64,000 nt of DNA from the human T2T-CHM13v2.0 reference genome, Homo sapiens (GCF_009914755.1 NC_060934.1), one strand, 5' to 3'; positions 32,090 to 48,066 are shown, numbered from the stretch's first letter. Notes: generated from the sequence alone by a model not told the origin. Translations and numbers: made by a program.

Positions 32090-32761
32090 GTCTAATCTAT
32101 GGCAAAGTTCTAACTATCTTTAATTCTGTGAAGTCTGAGAGAGGTGAGGAAGCTTTGGAAGAAAAGCTAGAAGATAGCAGAGGTTGGTTTATGAAGTTGA
32201 AGGAAAGAAACTATCACCATAACATGAAAGTACAGGATGAATCAGCAAATGCTGAGATGGAGAAGCTGTACCAAGTTATCTAGATCTAGCTAAAATCATT
32301 GATGAATGTGGCTGCACTGAACAACGGATTTTCAGTGTCAATGAAAGAACCTTCTATTGGAAGAAGATGCCACATAGGACTTCCACAGCTAGAGAGGAGA
32401 AGTCAATGCCTGGCTTAACTAAAAACTAAATATTTTCTAGTTATTATTTTTTTAGGCATTAGGCTGTTGCACATTTAATTGACTAAGGTATAGTGCAGAC
32501 ATAACATTTATATGCACTGGGAAACAAAACAATTTTATGTGACTTGCATTAATGCAACATTAGCTTTATTATGGTTATCTGGAACTGAGCCTGCCATATT
32601 GCTGAGATATACCTGTGCATACTTCTTCATTTTTAATAAACATTATCTTTAAGATTTTGCTTTAAGAGTTTATCTTATAAGAGTTTGAAGATTATTATTT
32701 CCTAGTTTACTTGGTTTGCAATGTAATTTATCTTGTCTATGTATATCCTAAAATGATTTAA

Positions 32762-33284
<523 letters not shown>

Positions 33285-34896
33285 TAGACTTTATTCCTAC
33301 TTTACTATATGGCTTTTCTCTAGAAATATTAAAATTTTAAATATATTTCAATATTCTGGTCTTGACCTTCAGCCTTTATAGATCTCCGTATGCTAAAGGA
33401 ATTCTCGTTTTTATAAATGCTTATCTACAACAATGCTTTGCCTACTAAGTTTGACCTTATGGAATTTCTTTTGTTATTATTTTCAGCTGTTTATCACTCC
33501 TGTATTGTTGTTCTCTTGTCATCACCATGTATGATTCTGGTCATTCATTTTTAAATTTCTCCCCTGAACTCTACATTCTCAGTTCTAAGACACTGTGTTA
33601 CATGTGGTGGAAGCTCAATATTTTTTTTGTGAATTGATATTCTAGCACCTTAGGAAGAATTGCTCAATAAAGAGTACTGCCTAAATTTTTCAGAGTCAGC
33701 GTTTTCAGTCAATGGAGATACATATTCTTAAAAACACTATTTTTTTTACGTCCAACTTTAAAATATATTTTAATGGGCCATTTTCAGAATTAATTGTGTC
33801 AATTACCTATGATAAGTAAAATAAATTATTTGTTCCAACTCATAATTATACTTGAAGAAAAAAATAATTTATGAAAGAACTGGCAATATCTGTATAAGAA
33901 CCATACATGGGGACATTTATTCTTGGGTCATTTAAATAATTTACTTTGAAAAGGTTGTAACTTCATTGTCTTTATTCATGTGCAAGGAATTTTTCAGACT
34001 AATCCTCTTTAAACTTTTAGTAGCAGGTTTGGAGTAAAATGTTCAATGAGAAGTTGTATATGATACCGTTAAGTAAATCAGAGGAAAACAAAGCTGTTCT
34101 TGTTGAACCTGGGTTAAGTGCAAGACAGTTCTGACTATCTACTGCTGCCTTTGACATATTTCTGCTGAACCCTGGTACTCAGAGGAGCAGGGTTAGAAAA
34201 CAAGTATAGATCAATACCATTATTATTTAGTGCTTTTGAAATCTATCCAGACTTTCTGACAAAATGGTGCAGTAGGTTCATGCTTTGACACATTCCCTCT
34301 GCTCCACACACATCACAGTGCTAGAGAGTAGAGTTATCCCATTAAACACTCTGAGAAACAAGATGAACATCACCACTGGCACAGACCAGAACCAGAGGAG
34401 AACCAGAAAAGGGATCAGGCCTGCAACCCCGGCTTCTTGGCTTCCAGGTCCTGAAGCAAGCAGGATAACAGAGGAACCATATTTCACACTGGGTGGCAGC
34501 CTGAAATGAGAAGTTCCCATTTAACTCTAACACATAAAACCAATGCCAACCATAGCCTCTTCTTTCTAGGAAGTTGTAATCCTAAAGAAAGGAAGAACAT
34601 AATACAATTTTAGGATAATTATTTTAGGAAAACTGAGCTTCCTAATAGACAAATCAGATATAATTAAATTAATCACGTTGTATACAGAAAGGTAAAGTGC
34701 TTTGCAAGACTAGGTAGCCATTGAACAGGCATCAGTGCTCTTGATGGACATCAATAAGGACACTTTTCGAAACAACCAAAGTCTTATGAGTATTAGCATC
34801 TCTATGCTATTGAAATGTTTGCCTATTGAAGTCAGATCAGTGTCTGCTTGCATTTCATGCAATGCATTTGATGATATGTGTAATACTACATAATGC

Positions 34897-35233
34897 ATGT
34901 ATTAGTCAGCACAGGCTGCCGTAAGAAAATAACACCCACTGGATAGCTAAAACAACAGGAATTTATTTTCTCCCACTTCTGGAGGCTAAAAGTCCAAGAT
35001 CAACGTGTAGGCAGGTTTGGTGTCTCCTAAGGCCTCTCTCCTTGGCTTACAGATGGCTGCCTTCTTGCTGTGTCTTCACGTAGCCTTTCCTGTATGTCAT
35101 TGCATCCCTGATGTCTCTCTCTTCTTATAACCTTTGTTACCTTCTTAAAGCTCCTATCTGTAAATACAGTCCTGTTGCGGGTTAGGGTTTCAAGATATGA
35201 ATGTTGAGGTGAGGACACAATTCAGTCCCTAAG
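34897..35233 (-). mobile_element. MaLR solo LTR (MLT1A-like)
   Basis: tgtattagtc...ttctggaggctaaaagtccaagatcaa...gacacaattcagtcc. Confidence 0.8.
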
Positions 35234-35398
35234 AATGCACATCTGCGAAGTGATTTTTCAGGCAAATGTGGTTTTTCTTTCAGACATTTTTAAGTTAATC
35301 CATTTGAAATATTCTTCAAAAAGAACTGTGTTCTAAAATATCAGACTAGAAAAAATCAAGAGTAATATAATAAACTGTTTTATGTTATTTTGTTGTGA

Positions 35399-35665
<267 letters not shown>

Positions 35666-37759
35666 TGAGGTTCTAAACAATGGCAAGCATGGAATAATTG
35701 AATTTCTATTCTTGGTTTGGGGGCAGAAAGAATGTTGACATTAATTGCCACATGTCTAAAGTATTATAAACATATAATGGGCTCATGCTAGTTCTACACA
35801 ATGTTTGATAAGAAAAGAAAAATCAAATATGTAATTTTAACACAATGTAATTTAAGATTATTAGCATTTAATAATCTCTCCTCTGAAAATTGCTTGGTTT
35901 CTATAATAAGGAAACCCTATACAATCTAGTACTATTATTTTATTTTTAAACTGTGGTCTTCCTTTGTCCACTTCTTTATAAGAGTTTTCTATTTGCATAA
36001 TCTAGTTACATATTTAATAGCAAATCTATTAAACCTTAGCTTGACTTCTAAACATTTTTCTTTCTTCTGACCTTGGAACATGTATACAGCATAGGAACTG
36101 ACAGTATATATCTGTCATTATACTTTTATCAAAACTGCTTTAAAATTTTCTAATTTATTGTAGCCCTTTGTTAACATCTCTCCTGAGTAGATGATTTTTT
36201 TTATTTCACATGGATGATATATAAAATAACAGATCATTAAAGGTAATATAATTTTGTCCTAACTAAAGGATAATATAAATTAATGATAGAGATATATTCA
36301 GTGAAATTTCCTAAATAAGTTGGAAATATTTTATATCAAAACTAGTTAAGAAAATACTCTGTATCTTTCAAGAGAGGAGAATATTATGAGATATATGTTG
36401 TAAGAATGATAATTGTAATCAAATCACATTGTGAAAAAGTCTTATTTTTTTATACTGCTAGAAGTGAGTACTCACAGACCACTGCATTTTATGAGTACAA
36501 AAGCAAATGAAAAAGTGACCAGATCTGGCCCCATAAAATGTGCAAAGATGGATACTCTGTCACTTTCTCTGCACTCAGAATGCATGTACTTCAGATGAGA
36601 TACCAGTATTATTTTCTTTCCAGAGAGTAGGAAAGCCGTTACTGAGTAGCTCTATTCTTTGACACTATTAAGACAGTATTTATGCCAGACCCAAACTTAT
36701 TTACATAAAGACAAGATTATCTTCAGCATGGTCCTATAGGAGCACAAATATAATATGTTATAATCTGTTATCTTCTTTGATATAATCTACTTTTAAAAAT
36801 AGGATCAGAAAAACAGAAGACTTGTCATTCATACCCAGCCATAGACAATCTGTAGGTAGTGCTATAGAACACATTTTTGTTGTCTGTCTCTTTTCATCAC
36901 TCACCAGTCATGTTTACAGTTCACTTAGAAAGTGTAGGTCATGTTGACACAGATATTGGGTTAGAGTAAAATAAAGAACTGGTGAAATACAGTTTTCAGA
37001 AATAAAATCCCTATTATATTATGTTTTATCTATTTACATGTTGTATGCTTTTTGGCTTGTCAATCAAATATATTAAAGCCAAGCTTCTGTTTTTAAGATA
37101 TCTTTAAGCCTGACCCACACTAAAGATTTGTCAATGTACATTACACATTACTCTTTCTTTCCAACATTATATTCTTTTAAGGTCAGCATTTAATAGGCTT
37201 TTGTAAACCCAATCCTTACAACATCCAGTAATTCCCATAGTGGTCTCACCATGGTCACTATCTGGCCTCACCTACCTTGAGGTTTAAGTCATAAACAAGA
37301 ACATTAATCTCCGGCACTGTATAGATGTTGCAGGCTACATATATTTCAATGAATCCTGTTCATGCCTAACTTATATTATGCAAGTATATTATTTTCAAGT
37401 TTTTGTTGCTTTGCAACCAGAAATTATTGGCCAGCATTTGTCTGGCTAAATCTAAACTGAAAGTGTTTTTCTAGTCATTTGCAGTAGTAGAGGTTAATAA
37501 AGCTTATGCTAAGGTGAAACTATAATTATGATAATCATTCATTTGAAGGAGAATTAGGAAAGGTCACTAAAAATGTAAAATTGTAGGATGGGACATTATA
37601 AATATAATACTATACATAATAAATATTGATAATGGTGGTGATTATGATGATGATGATGATACAGCTTAATAAAGTCTCAGAAGTATTTAAAAAACAAACC
37701 AAAACAAACACAAACACTTCTCAGGCAAGTACTATGGAGCTACTTCAAGTTTGTTTATT

Positions 37760-38130
37760 ATTATTATTTTTATTTGTTAATTAACACATCATAATTATAC
37801 GTATTTATGAGGTACAATTTGACATTTCAGTGCATACATTTTGTATAATAATCAAATCAGGGTAGTTAGCTTATCCATCACCTCATGCATTAATTATTTC
37901 TTTGTGGTACGAACGTTGAAGAGCCTCTCTCCTAGCAGTTTTGTAATATACAATATCTTAATATTCACCCATTACCCTACTGTGCAGTAGAACACCAAAA
38001 CTTATTCCTTCTATCTAATAGTAACTTTGTACCCATTGGCCAACCTCTGCCTGTCCTTTTTCTCCTCTCTCCAGTCACTGGTAAGCACTGTTCTGTTCTC
38101 TGCTTCTATGATATCAACTTTTGAGGTTTG
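37760..38130 (-). mobile_element. L1MA-type 3' end
   Basis: aatcaaatcagggtagttagc...tctaatagtaactttgtaccc. Confidence 0.75.
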
Positions 38131-38409
38131 ATAGATTTTCCTGCAGTCCCTGTGCCAGGATTTCAAGATAAAGAGAATAATCTCTTCCCTCTGAGACTTG
38201 GTTTGTTGCACAAAATCTTCGGGTGGACTCCTAGGTGTATATATCTCTTCAAACTATGTGCAGATAATTGTGTATATGCATACTTATCTGGGACAGTACA
38301 TAAATGCCACATGATTCAAAGGGGTTTGTATGCCCACAGCATCAAAAACTGCAAGCAGTTGTAGAAATTCTGAGATGAATAGCTAATCATTTGACATTTT
38401 TACTCTAAC

Positions 38410-38625
38410 AGGCTTTGGAGTCAGAAGACAAGGGTTTAGTTCTAGTTCAGATGCTTCTTTGCTATTAACTCAAGTAAGTTATATGAAAGGCCTCACTTTC
38501 CTCCTCTGCAAAATGAGGATAATTATGGTATATAAGACACAATGTTATGAAGGACTAAGTGAGATAACACATGTAAAACTCTTAGGCCAGTCCCTGACAC
38601 ATAGCAGGCCTTACGTAAATGGTAG
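38410..38625 (+). mobile_element. MIR
   Basis: ggctttggagtcaga...cctcactttcctcctctgcaaaatgaggataat. Confidence 0.7.
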
Positions 38626-40247
38626 TGGTGATGGTGATGGTAATTATAACCACAAAGGAAGAAAAGGAAGAGAAGAAGGAGAAGATGGAGAGAACAAGAT
38701 CGAGGAAACTAGGTTTCGTAGGCAATGCAAATACTCCCCCCAGTATAGAAAGATGATTGAGAACAATTATTTAATACCTTATACACACCATTCACTAGTA
38801 TAAAAATTCTAACAAATTTAATTTCACCTTCCTAGCAGTCCTATAAGAAAGTGATATCATACATATTTCTACATGAAGAATCTTATACTTAGAGTACCTA
38901 GCTCAAAGTCCCATAAGTCTTAAATGACTGAGCCAGGTATCATCAGGGAACACCAGGACTTAGGTGGTTATCAATCTTCCCAGCAAACTAGTATATAGCA
39001 CCTGTCACTTCCCTAGTCTCTGCGTACATTAAGGGGGAAAAATGAAGGCTTACTTGCAAATTATTTCTATTTACGTTTAAAAGTTACTATTGTTTTTATA
39101 TGCATGTTCCTGCTTTTCCAATGAGATGTATCAGAATGGGATTCAATGTGAAATACTCAGAATGATATTTCTGTGTAATCAGTTGTGAATTGTATTGGCC
39201 TCCATACACATATTCATAATAACCAACACAAAGGGGTACAAACCAGAGAGACATTGCTGTGGCTAAAGATTGGGAACCTCTGCTAATGGTAATATTATCC
39301 CATAGATTCCCAGTTCCCATATTGGGAATTATATCTACTTATCTCCTGGAAATACTCAGCCTCTTCATGGCTAATTAGCCATATCCGTCTCCTTCCCCAT
39401 TTCATTTGCTCTCTCCTTAAAATTGTTTTGAGTAAATCAAAGCTGAAAATACTTTGTGCCGTGTCTTTCTGTATTATGGATAAAGAACCTGGGTCTAAAG
39501 TAGAAACTTATAAAATCTTATCACAGAGATGAACTGTGAGTTTTCTGCCCTGCTAAACAACAGGATTCACCTCTGGTTCCAGTGAACATCTGTGTTCTTT
39601 GCACTGTGCTCCACTATAGAGCATAAAAATGCATATTTAGATTCACACAGAATTATTCTGATGTAAAGCAAGCTTATGTTTCATTTTCTGTAGTAAATTT
39701 AAATATGAATGACCCACCCAAAAATGGTCAGCACTCCTGTACTGTTTGTTTTCTGATACTCTGCAGTCTGAGACACTCTTCTCATGTTTCAATAAAACAA
39801 AATACATATTTGAGGAAGACTGAAATTGTACCTAAGATCAAAAATAACCATAAAACAGCTTATCTAACAAGGTTTATACCAATTTGTGCTTTATCATCTT
39901 GGTGGCTATTCTTCAGTCAAACCAGCAAATTCCTTATTTGTAAAGGAGAGCTTATGTTTGTTCTGTTCAGAGGAGCATGCCCCCCAGTCCTGAGGTATGG
40001 AGCTCCTTACTCTCATCTTTGGCACCTTACTCCCCTGTTTTATGTAATTAGTTAAATAAGGAGGACTAAGGGAGGGCAAGATGGGAAATACATCCCCGGG
40101 AAAACAAATTGCTGATTTTTTTGAAACCAAAAATGATGCCAGACTCAAGGTATATTTCAGTTTTGATCCTATACTGCAACTTCCCTCCTTCCTTGCTTTC
40201 CTCTTTCTTAATGCCTGCTATCCCTTCTCTAGTGTGCAATGACTGCC

Positions 40248-40640
40248 TTTATTAGCCCATTCTCACACTGCTATAAATACATACCTGAGACTGGGTAGTT
40301 TATTTAAAAAAAAAATAGGTTTCATTGGCTCATGGTTCTGCAGGTTAGACAGGATTCTGCTTCTAAGCTGGCTTCAGGAAACTTACAATCATGATGGAAG
40401 ACCAAGCAAGCACATATTCACTTGGCCGGCAGGAGAGAGAGAGAGAACGGGAAGTGCTAAACACTTTCAAAAAACCAGATCTCATGAGAACTCTATTATG
40501 AGACAGCACTAGGGGGATGGTGGTGACCTATTAGAAACCACTCCCATGATCCAGTCACCTCCCACTAGGCCCCACCTCTAACACTGGGGATCACAGTTTG
40601 ACATAAGATTTGGATAGGGACACAGAACCAAACCTTATCA
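40248..40640 (-). mobile_element. MaLR solo LTR (MSTA-like)
   Basis: cacactgctataaatacatacctgagactgggta...ccagatctcatgagaac...aaccaaaccttatca, with flanks ctgcc/ctgct. Confidence 0.85.
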
Positions 40641-40899
40641 CTGCTTAACAGGCTACTCTCTCATGCCACCCTTTCCTTGTATGTTTTACTTCAATACGTA
40701 TTGCTTACATAAAATTTCTAGTTCTCTATTTTCTCACTATCCTTCATGATTATCATCATTTATCTGTTCTAGTAAATGTTTTCCCTGTCTCTGCTAAGAT
40801 TGGGCTTATCAAAGACAAGGAGCATATCTATGTACCAGAAGCAATGATGTCAAAATGACTTGAGGAAAAACCCTGAACAGTGGTGCTATCTAAAAGGCA

Positions 40900-42075
40900 G
40901 AGAAAAAAATCTGAAGAAAGACCACAAATCTTTATCTCTACTTCATATTAAATATTTCATCTGAGGTTCAGACCTGCAAATTCCAGTGCCCACAGGTCGG
41001 GTCACTTCTACTTCGATGCCCCTTATGCACTTAAAATATAACATTATCTTTTCCTTTAAAAATCTTAATTCTCCATAAATCCCCCTCAGTGAAAGAAACC
41101 ACCAACTAGCCAATGACCCAGCCAGAAGTGTGGCCATTATCCTCGACTCTTGCAAATAGTCACCAAGATGTTTCAATCCTAATATTTAAATATCTCTTAA
41201 AAATTCAACAACTTTCTACCCCCAACCCCACCCTAATCCTTTAGTTCAGGCAACCATTATATTTTTGCTAGTTTATTACCAAAAAAAACCTCTTTAACGG
41301 GGCTCCCAAATTTTAGTCTTGGTCTTTCTGTTGACTTGACACACTGCAGCCAGAATTCTAACACATGAAACATGACACTTTCCTTTTTAAAATCTTGGCC
41401 CTGCTGGGCCGATGTAACCCAGAAGCTGTGTGTCTCTGAATTTTTTCTGCACTATCTTTGTATTATGAGCAATTCAACCAGTCTGGGCTGTCTTCAGTTC
41501 CTCAAACATGCAACACCCTCTTCTCTGGCCTCTGGGTCTTTATGCTCACCTTTACACACACACTACCACTACTGCCCAAATAAATGGCTGCTGATTCTCT
41601 CTGGAAAGCTTTTTCTTACTCCCCAAACGTGACCGAAGTGCTCTTCTTGGTGTTCCCATCACCCTTAGAACATCCATCCCAATAGAGTAATTTCATTCTG
41701 CATTTTAATGCCACACTCACATTTTTTTTTCATCTGGAAGGACAGTAGGAGCAGGAACCATGGCTGTATATCTTTTAAAGTCAACATTTATTAAACTCAT
41801 ACTATGAACTGGTTGTTCTTCTAACAGTCTCACAACCCTATGAGATACTTATTGTTTGTTAACCTTGTTTACAGAAAGCAAACAGAGGCACAGAGAGATT
41901 AACTACCTTACCCAATACTACTCAGCTAATAAATTGAGCTGAGAAGAGCAATTGGGCTCCTGTGCCCTCAGTGTGAACAACTATACTAAGATGTCTATGT
42001 TATCATTATATTTCCAGTGCCCAGCCCAGTGGCAGACATTTTATAGGGACTCAGAATAAATTTGTTCGATTAAAA
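40900..42075 (+). mobile_element. Degraded L2 interrupted by a minus-strand MIR (~41780-41990)
   Basis: L2 end cagtgcccagcccagtgg...ataaatttgttcga and MIR tctcacaaccctatgag...aaacagaggcacagagagattaa. Confidence 0.55.
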
Positions 42076-42684
42076 TTAAAGACAGAGGAAATTTTAATCA
42101 AGTGTTAGAGTTAAAGTAACCCAACAAGGGAGCAGTGGTATCCTGCAAGAAAGGTGTTGAATTATACCCCATAAATATGTACAATTGCAGTGTGTTAAGT
42201 AAAAACAAAAGGCCTAGGAGCAACTTGGGTCTTAACTGAATAGGGGAATTGACAGGCCTTAGTAGGTCAAGATGTCTCATGAGGAAATAAGGAGGCAGTT
42301 CATATGAACACAACATCAGGAGCTAACTGTGCTAACCACTCTCACGGTAGTTACTCTATGAAGATATTTAGCTTCTTTTTAACCTATAAGTAAACCACCT
42401 TTGAAAATAAATGCTCTTGTTAAACTGGAACTAGAGAGTGACACAAGCAGTGAAATAGGAGGACCAGGGACGAACTTGAGTTATACTGACATTGATCGTG
42501 GATGCAGAGGTAGGACATCTGCATGCTCATAAGTGAGTGACTTATCAAAAAAGGCTTTTGCCTGCCATGACATGAGGACTGTTGTGTAGAACTAGAGAAA
42601 TATTTCAGTAAACAAAGCACTTTATTGTTATCACAAATATGTCATGCAGACACATTCTAAATAAGTAGATGATACCCAATCCAG

Positions 42685-42920
42685 GGGAGAAGTTCTAGTG
42701 TTCTAAAGCACTGTGAGATGACTATAGTTAACAATAATATATCGTACAGTTTCAAATAGTTCCAAGGAGGATATTGAATGTTCTCAACACAAAGAAATGA
42801 TAAATTTTTGAGATGATGGATATGCTAATTTCCCTGATCTGGTCACTATACACTATCTATATACATATAACTTTGTAGTCCATAAATATGAAAAATTATT
42901 ATATGTCAATTAATAAAAAG
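42685..42920 (+). mobile_element. L1MA-type 3' end
   Basis: gatgactatagttaacaataat...caacacaaagaaatgataaat. Confidence 0.75.
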
Positions 42921-42921
42921 A

Positions 42922-43270
<349 letters not shown>

Positions 43271-43542
43271 TTAAACAAGTAAATAATTTTTTAAAAAGTC
43301 TTCTGTTTTTGCGGATTATTCAAGCATGCGAAGGGCATGAACACATTCAGGGCAGCAGGGGCCAGAGAACAAATTTGAAGAGAGTACAGGAAAGTAGCCT
43401 ATGGGAATTCTTTTGCTTTTTGCAACTGGAAAGGAATTTACTCTTAGAGATTAGATTTAATGTAATGACAAATAGTGATATCTTCTTCTTCCTCCTAATA
43501 CTATTTATAATTAACTGGTGTCTTTGTGATGCTTCTTTTTAG

Positions 43543-43609
43543 AATGTCCATTAAATTACTGCAGAAATGGTGGGACTTGTGTAGTGGAGAAAAATGGTCC
43601 TATGTGTCG
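43543..43609 (+). CDS. MALRD1: MALRD1 internal coding exon (67 nt, phase 1-2) encoding the N-terminal part of an EGF-like domain
   Basis: Acceptor cttctttttAG at 43541-42 and donor CG|GTAAGA at 43610. Joins in frame (G+AA=Glu): ECPLNYCRNGGTCVVEKNGPMC(R), with the EGF CxNGGTC motif. Confidence 0.92.
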
Positions 43610-45439
43610 GTAAGAAGCATTGTTTAATTTTTTGTTAAGATTTTTTGGAGTTGGCTTACTTATTTTTCTATAGGCTGATATAATAGAGCATCAATCAGTT
43701 TGTGGTTAGTAAGGTAAAAATAGTGGATAATGGTACTATTTACATTTATCTGTCTGAATAAGGTAAAGGAATATGTGAGTGCATTTTAGAGAAATATCTC
43801 TTTATTATGATTGTGCATGTTTTTCAACATTTTATATGTGTAATATATAATTTTAATAATACTCACTATTCCTTGCATTTATTATTTCTATCAGGTTTTT
43901 AAAAGATATTTTTCTGATATGAATATCTTTCTATTTCAGATAAACTTTGTGTCTGTATTTTCTCTTTTCATTTCAATGTTCTTATTTCTCTTTAACAAAG
44001 GATGAAATTAATTTATAAATAAAATCATTTGCTGGTTTATGCAGTGGGTATTTATAAGTAAAGTTAAGGTTTAGATAAGAAATACATTTGCATACTCAAA
44101 GCAAGAGTAAACAAAAATAGGCGTTGTGATTTCTTTGGGGAAATATTTATATTGCATATCAAAGATGGCTTGATTTCTTCTCTCACCCTTTGGGGAATTG
44201 TGCAAAACAGTTTCAAAAACTCCAAAGGAAATGATGCATATTTCATTATAATTGTGTTTATGCCTTTATAATTTAGCAGACCAATGGATATATCACTTTC
44301 CTTATTAGAAAACTCATTGAAGGTTGCTATTCAAGTCATTACAAAACACACAAAGGTATCTGAAAAACAATGATTAATAGTTGTTTGAGTCGTTATTCCT
44401 GTCTTAATCAACACACATAGTTTAGAAAAAGTAATTTATTCCTAAAAAAATTCTACCAATTAAAACAATAACAAAAATTTTATGATGGACCATATTTAGA
44501 CACTGCTTTAGTTTAACATTGTTGAAATGTAATTACTAATGAGTTTCTTGGAACTCTTTTCTCTTTCAATACTTTACATAATTTATTTCTCAACATGTCA
44601 ACAAAATTATACTTTCCCCATATCAGTTTCCGTGGAAATTAATTTATCAGAAACTATTACTTGATGGAAAGACAGGATACATAATATTAATTTCTAAAAT
44701 CTCCTGAAAGAAGTTTGAATGATGACAAAAAGTTTATTAAATATCAGCTGAGTAGATAATATTATTTAATGTCAACTGCTTACAGTAAAGAGGTTGATTT
44801 TTGTCCGCTTTAATCCTGACAGTTAAGCCAGAAAACTCCCAGAAAGAGCAAGAAAAGAGCTTTACATTCTTGGCAACACTCTCGTAGTCTTAAATAAACT
44901 TGAAAAATTAAAATCCAGATGGTGAAGTCTTAAACTTCTCTCAAATGGGAGAACTCTAAGGTGAGGGAGATGAGACAGAGAATTGAGAGAAGAAAGGAAG
45001 TCAATGGAGAAAAATGTAGAAAGGAATTCACTGCTAAGAAAGTCAATCAAATATCCTAAAGTATTATTTTTGATAGCAAATAATACTTTACAAATAGTGA
45101 AATAACTATAATGAACATCAATGCAAACAAATGTTGGAATTAGTGCTGTCTAGAATGTAGGTATGAAAAAATAACTTTTGAAACTTTGTCCATATTGTAA
45201 TAGCTTAGCCATTTCATTCAAGTTTTTCTTTCTTTAAAATTATGTACTAAAAAAGTAATATATGTGGGTTGTCATGAGTCTTTTTAAAATATACAGTAGT
45301 ATATCAGGCAAAAAGTAGAACTCTTGACACTCAAATCCTACACTGTAGTAGTAAGGTTTGTATCCCTTTAGATATATTTTTCTTTACACAAGCACACATA
45401 CACACACAATTTTAAATTCCTAGATCCCTTATATATTCT

Positions 45440-46387
45440 TTTAACATTTATTTTAGGTTCAGGGTTTATTTTAGGTTCAAAATCTCCCATGACAAGTTTA
45501 CTTATGTAACAAACCTACACATGTAGTTTTATTTATCCAAAATTTATTGAGTTAAATATTTATTAAGTAAGCTCATCATGGGGGATTTTGTACAGATTAT
45601 TCCATCACCCAGGTACTAAGCCTAGTACTCATTTTTTATTTTGCCTGATCCTCTCTTTTCTTCCACCCTCCATGCTTCAGTAGTCCCCAGTGTCTGTTGT
45701 TTCCCTTTGTGCATCCATGTGTTCTCATCATTTAGCTCACACTTATAAGTGAGAACATGTGGTGTTTGGTTTTCTGTTCCTGCGTTAGTTTGCTAAAGAT
45801 AATGGCCTCTGGCTCCATCCATGTTCCTGCAAAGGACATGAATCTAATTCTTTTTTTTAAGGCTGCATAGTATTCCATGGTATATATGTACCACATTTCC
45901 TTTATCCAGTCTACCATCGATGGGTGTTTAGATTGATTCTACGTCATTGCTATTGTGAATAGTGCTGCAGTGAACATACGTATGGAGGTGCCTTTATGAC
46001 AGTAAAACTTATATTCCTTTGGGTATATACCCAGTAATGGGATTGCTGGGTCCAATGGTAGTTCTGTTTTTAGCTCTTTGAGGAATCACCGCACTGCTTT
46101 GACAATGGTTGAAGTAATTTACACTTTCACCAACAGTATATAAGTGTTCCTTTTTCTCCACAACCTTGCTAGCATCTGATATTTTTTGACTTTTCAATAA
46201 TAGCCATTTTGACTGGTGTGAGATGGTATGTCACTATGGTTTTGACTTCCATTCCTCTAATGATCAGTGATGTTGGGCTTTTTTTCATATGCTTATTGGC
46301 AGCATGTGTGTCTTCTTTCAAAAAATGTCTTTTCATGTCTTTTGCTCACTTTTCAATGGGGTTGTTTGTTTTCTTCTTGTAAATTTG
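45440..46387 (-). mobile_element. Older L1PA 3' end (L1PA10-13-like) with rearranged terminus
   Basis: catcacccaggtactaagcctagtac...ttagctcacacttataagtgagaac and ORF2 C-terminal remnants. Confidence 0.85.
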
Positions 46388-47548
46388 AAACCCCTTGTAT
46401 TAAAAAGGCACTTTAACCTGTAATTTACAATAAAGTGATAATCTTTACTTTTCACCTTTTCGTCTTGGCAGTGTTTACAGTGGATTGCTCTTTCTCATTA
46501 CCTGATTTCTGGGATATCACTGCCCATGCCTGTCACTCTCCTTCACCCATTCTTTTTCTTTCCTGTTGTCTAAATATTGGGACGTTAGACGATGCTTGCA
46601 GTTTCTCTTCTGTTTGTCTACACTCGCTCACTCTCTAATCTTGCCTAGCCTTGGACCTGTGAATAAAATCTGTAGACTTCGAATACAGCTTACCAGCAGA
46701 CCAGACTCCGCATTCTTAGATTTAACCACTGACACGACGCCAGATCTCATTCAGATTTTATTTGGTTATCTCCTAGCCATCACGAATTTCACGTGTTCTA
46801 AAAGACCAGTTTTCTGGACAGCTCATGTTCTTCTATTTCTCCAAGCTTTGGATAAACTGATCCTTCTGTCTAGAACTTTCTGTTTGTTAACCTATTTGCC
46901 CAGAGGATGCCTTTTCATCCTTTAGATCCAACATAGGTGATGTTTTTTTCTGGGAAGCCGATTCCAGCCCAGCCAGGGAGGGTCGCTTTTTCCTCCTTCT
47001 GGCTCCTCTCCTCTTTTGCTTCCCTTTCCACAATATTTTGTAAGTGTTAGTTTTACAAAACGACCTGTTGAAAATCAGCCCTAGCTATCTAAAAAATGCA
47101 TTTCCAGTAAAATTCTGTTATTTATGATGATCAGAATTTGTTTTGCCCAACTTTTTACTAGTTTTTATTTTTAAGGATACCTCCAACAATTATGGTCATT
47201 GAAAAAACATAAAATATGCTGACTTCTTACAAATTACACATGATATAAATTAATGAAACAGGAATGAAAAATGTTTAAAACTAACACAAAAGAGGAAAGA
47301 AAGGAATAAATAATAGCACAACAGATCAGTTGCTTTTCTGAAAGAAACATCTATTGTAAAGTGTAACATTATATACTGACATCATTGCATTGCAAGTTTT
47401 TCTAGCTATTAATTCTTATTTATCTTTTGCAAGAATTTATATTTCTGATCTGATAATTTGTTCAAGATATCAAAACTAAATTACTATCTGACAAATGTGA
47501 CAACTTAAAAATGTCATGGTTAATAAAAAGCATTTCATCGAAATAAAG

Positions 47549-47705
47549 GCCAGGTTCAGTGGCTCACCCTCACCCTCATAGTCTCAGTACTTTGGGAGAC
47601 TGAGGCAGGAGGATTGATTGAGCCTGGGAGGTAGAGGCTGCAATGAGTCGTGATCGTGCCAGACTGAGTGACAGAGTAAGTTCCTGTCTCAATAATAATA
47701 ATAAT
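47549..47705 (+). mobile_element. Alu monomer (FLAM/FRAM-like)
   Basis: ggccaggttcagtggctcac...cctgtctcaataataata. Confidence 0.75.
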
Positions 47706-47849
47706 ATATTGTTTATATTTTGTGGCAGAAAAAGATTAATAATATAATCAAAGACCTTAAAGTATGAAATAGATTAGGATAAAATATGTCAAGAAGAGAA
47801 ATCAAAGTGTTAGTTTAAGGAGGAGAGGTACATTTAAAATTTTTTTTAC

Positions 47850-48066
47850 TTATTTATTAACTTTTATTTTAGGCTCACAGGTACATGTGTAGGTTTGTTG
47901 TCTCAGAGGTGTGGTGTACAGATTATTTCATCACCCAGATAATAAGCATAGTACCCAATAGGTAGTAGTTTTATCCTCACCGTCCTCCCACCCTCCACTC
48001 TCAAGTAGGCCTCAGTGTTTGTTGTTCCCTTCTTTGTGTCCAAGTATATTTGATGTTTAGCTCCCA
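47850..48066 (-). mobile_element. Short old L1PA 3' end
   Basis: cagattatttcatcacccagataataagcatagtacccaatagg. Confidence 0.8.

Noticed and set aside
31492-32283. Functional or domesticated Tigger transposase
   Set aside because: Fragmented by stops, a 157-bp insert and an internal deletion.
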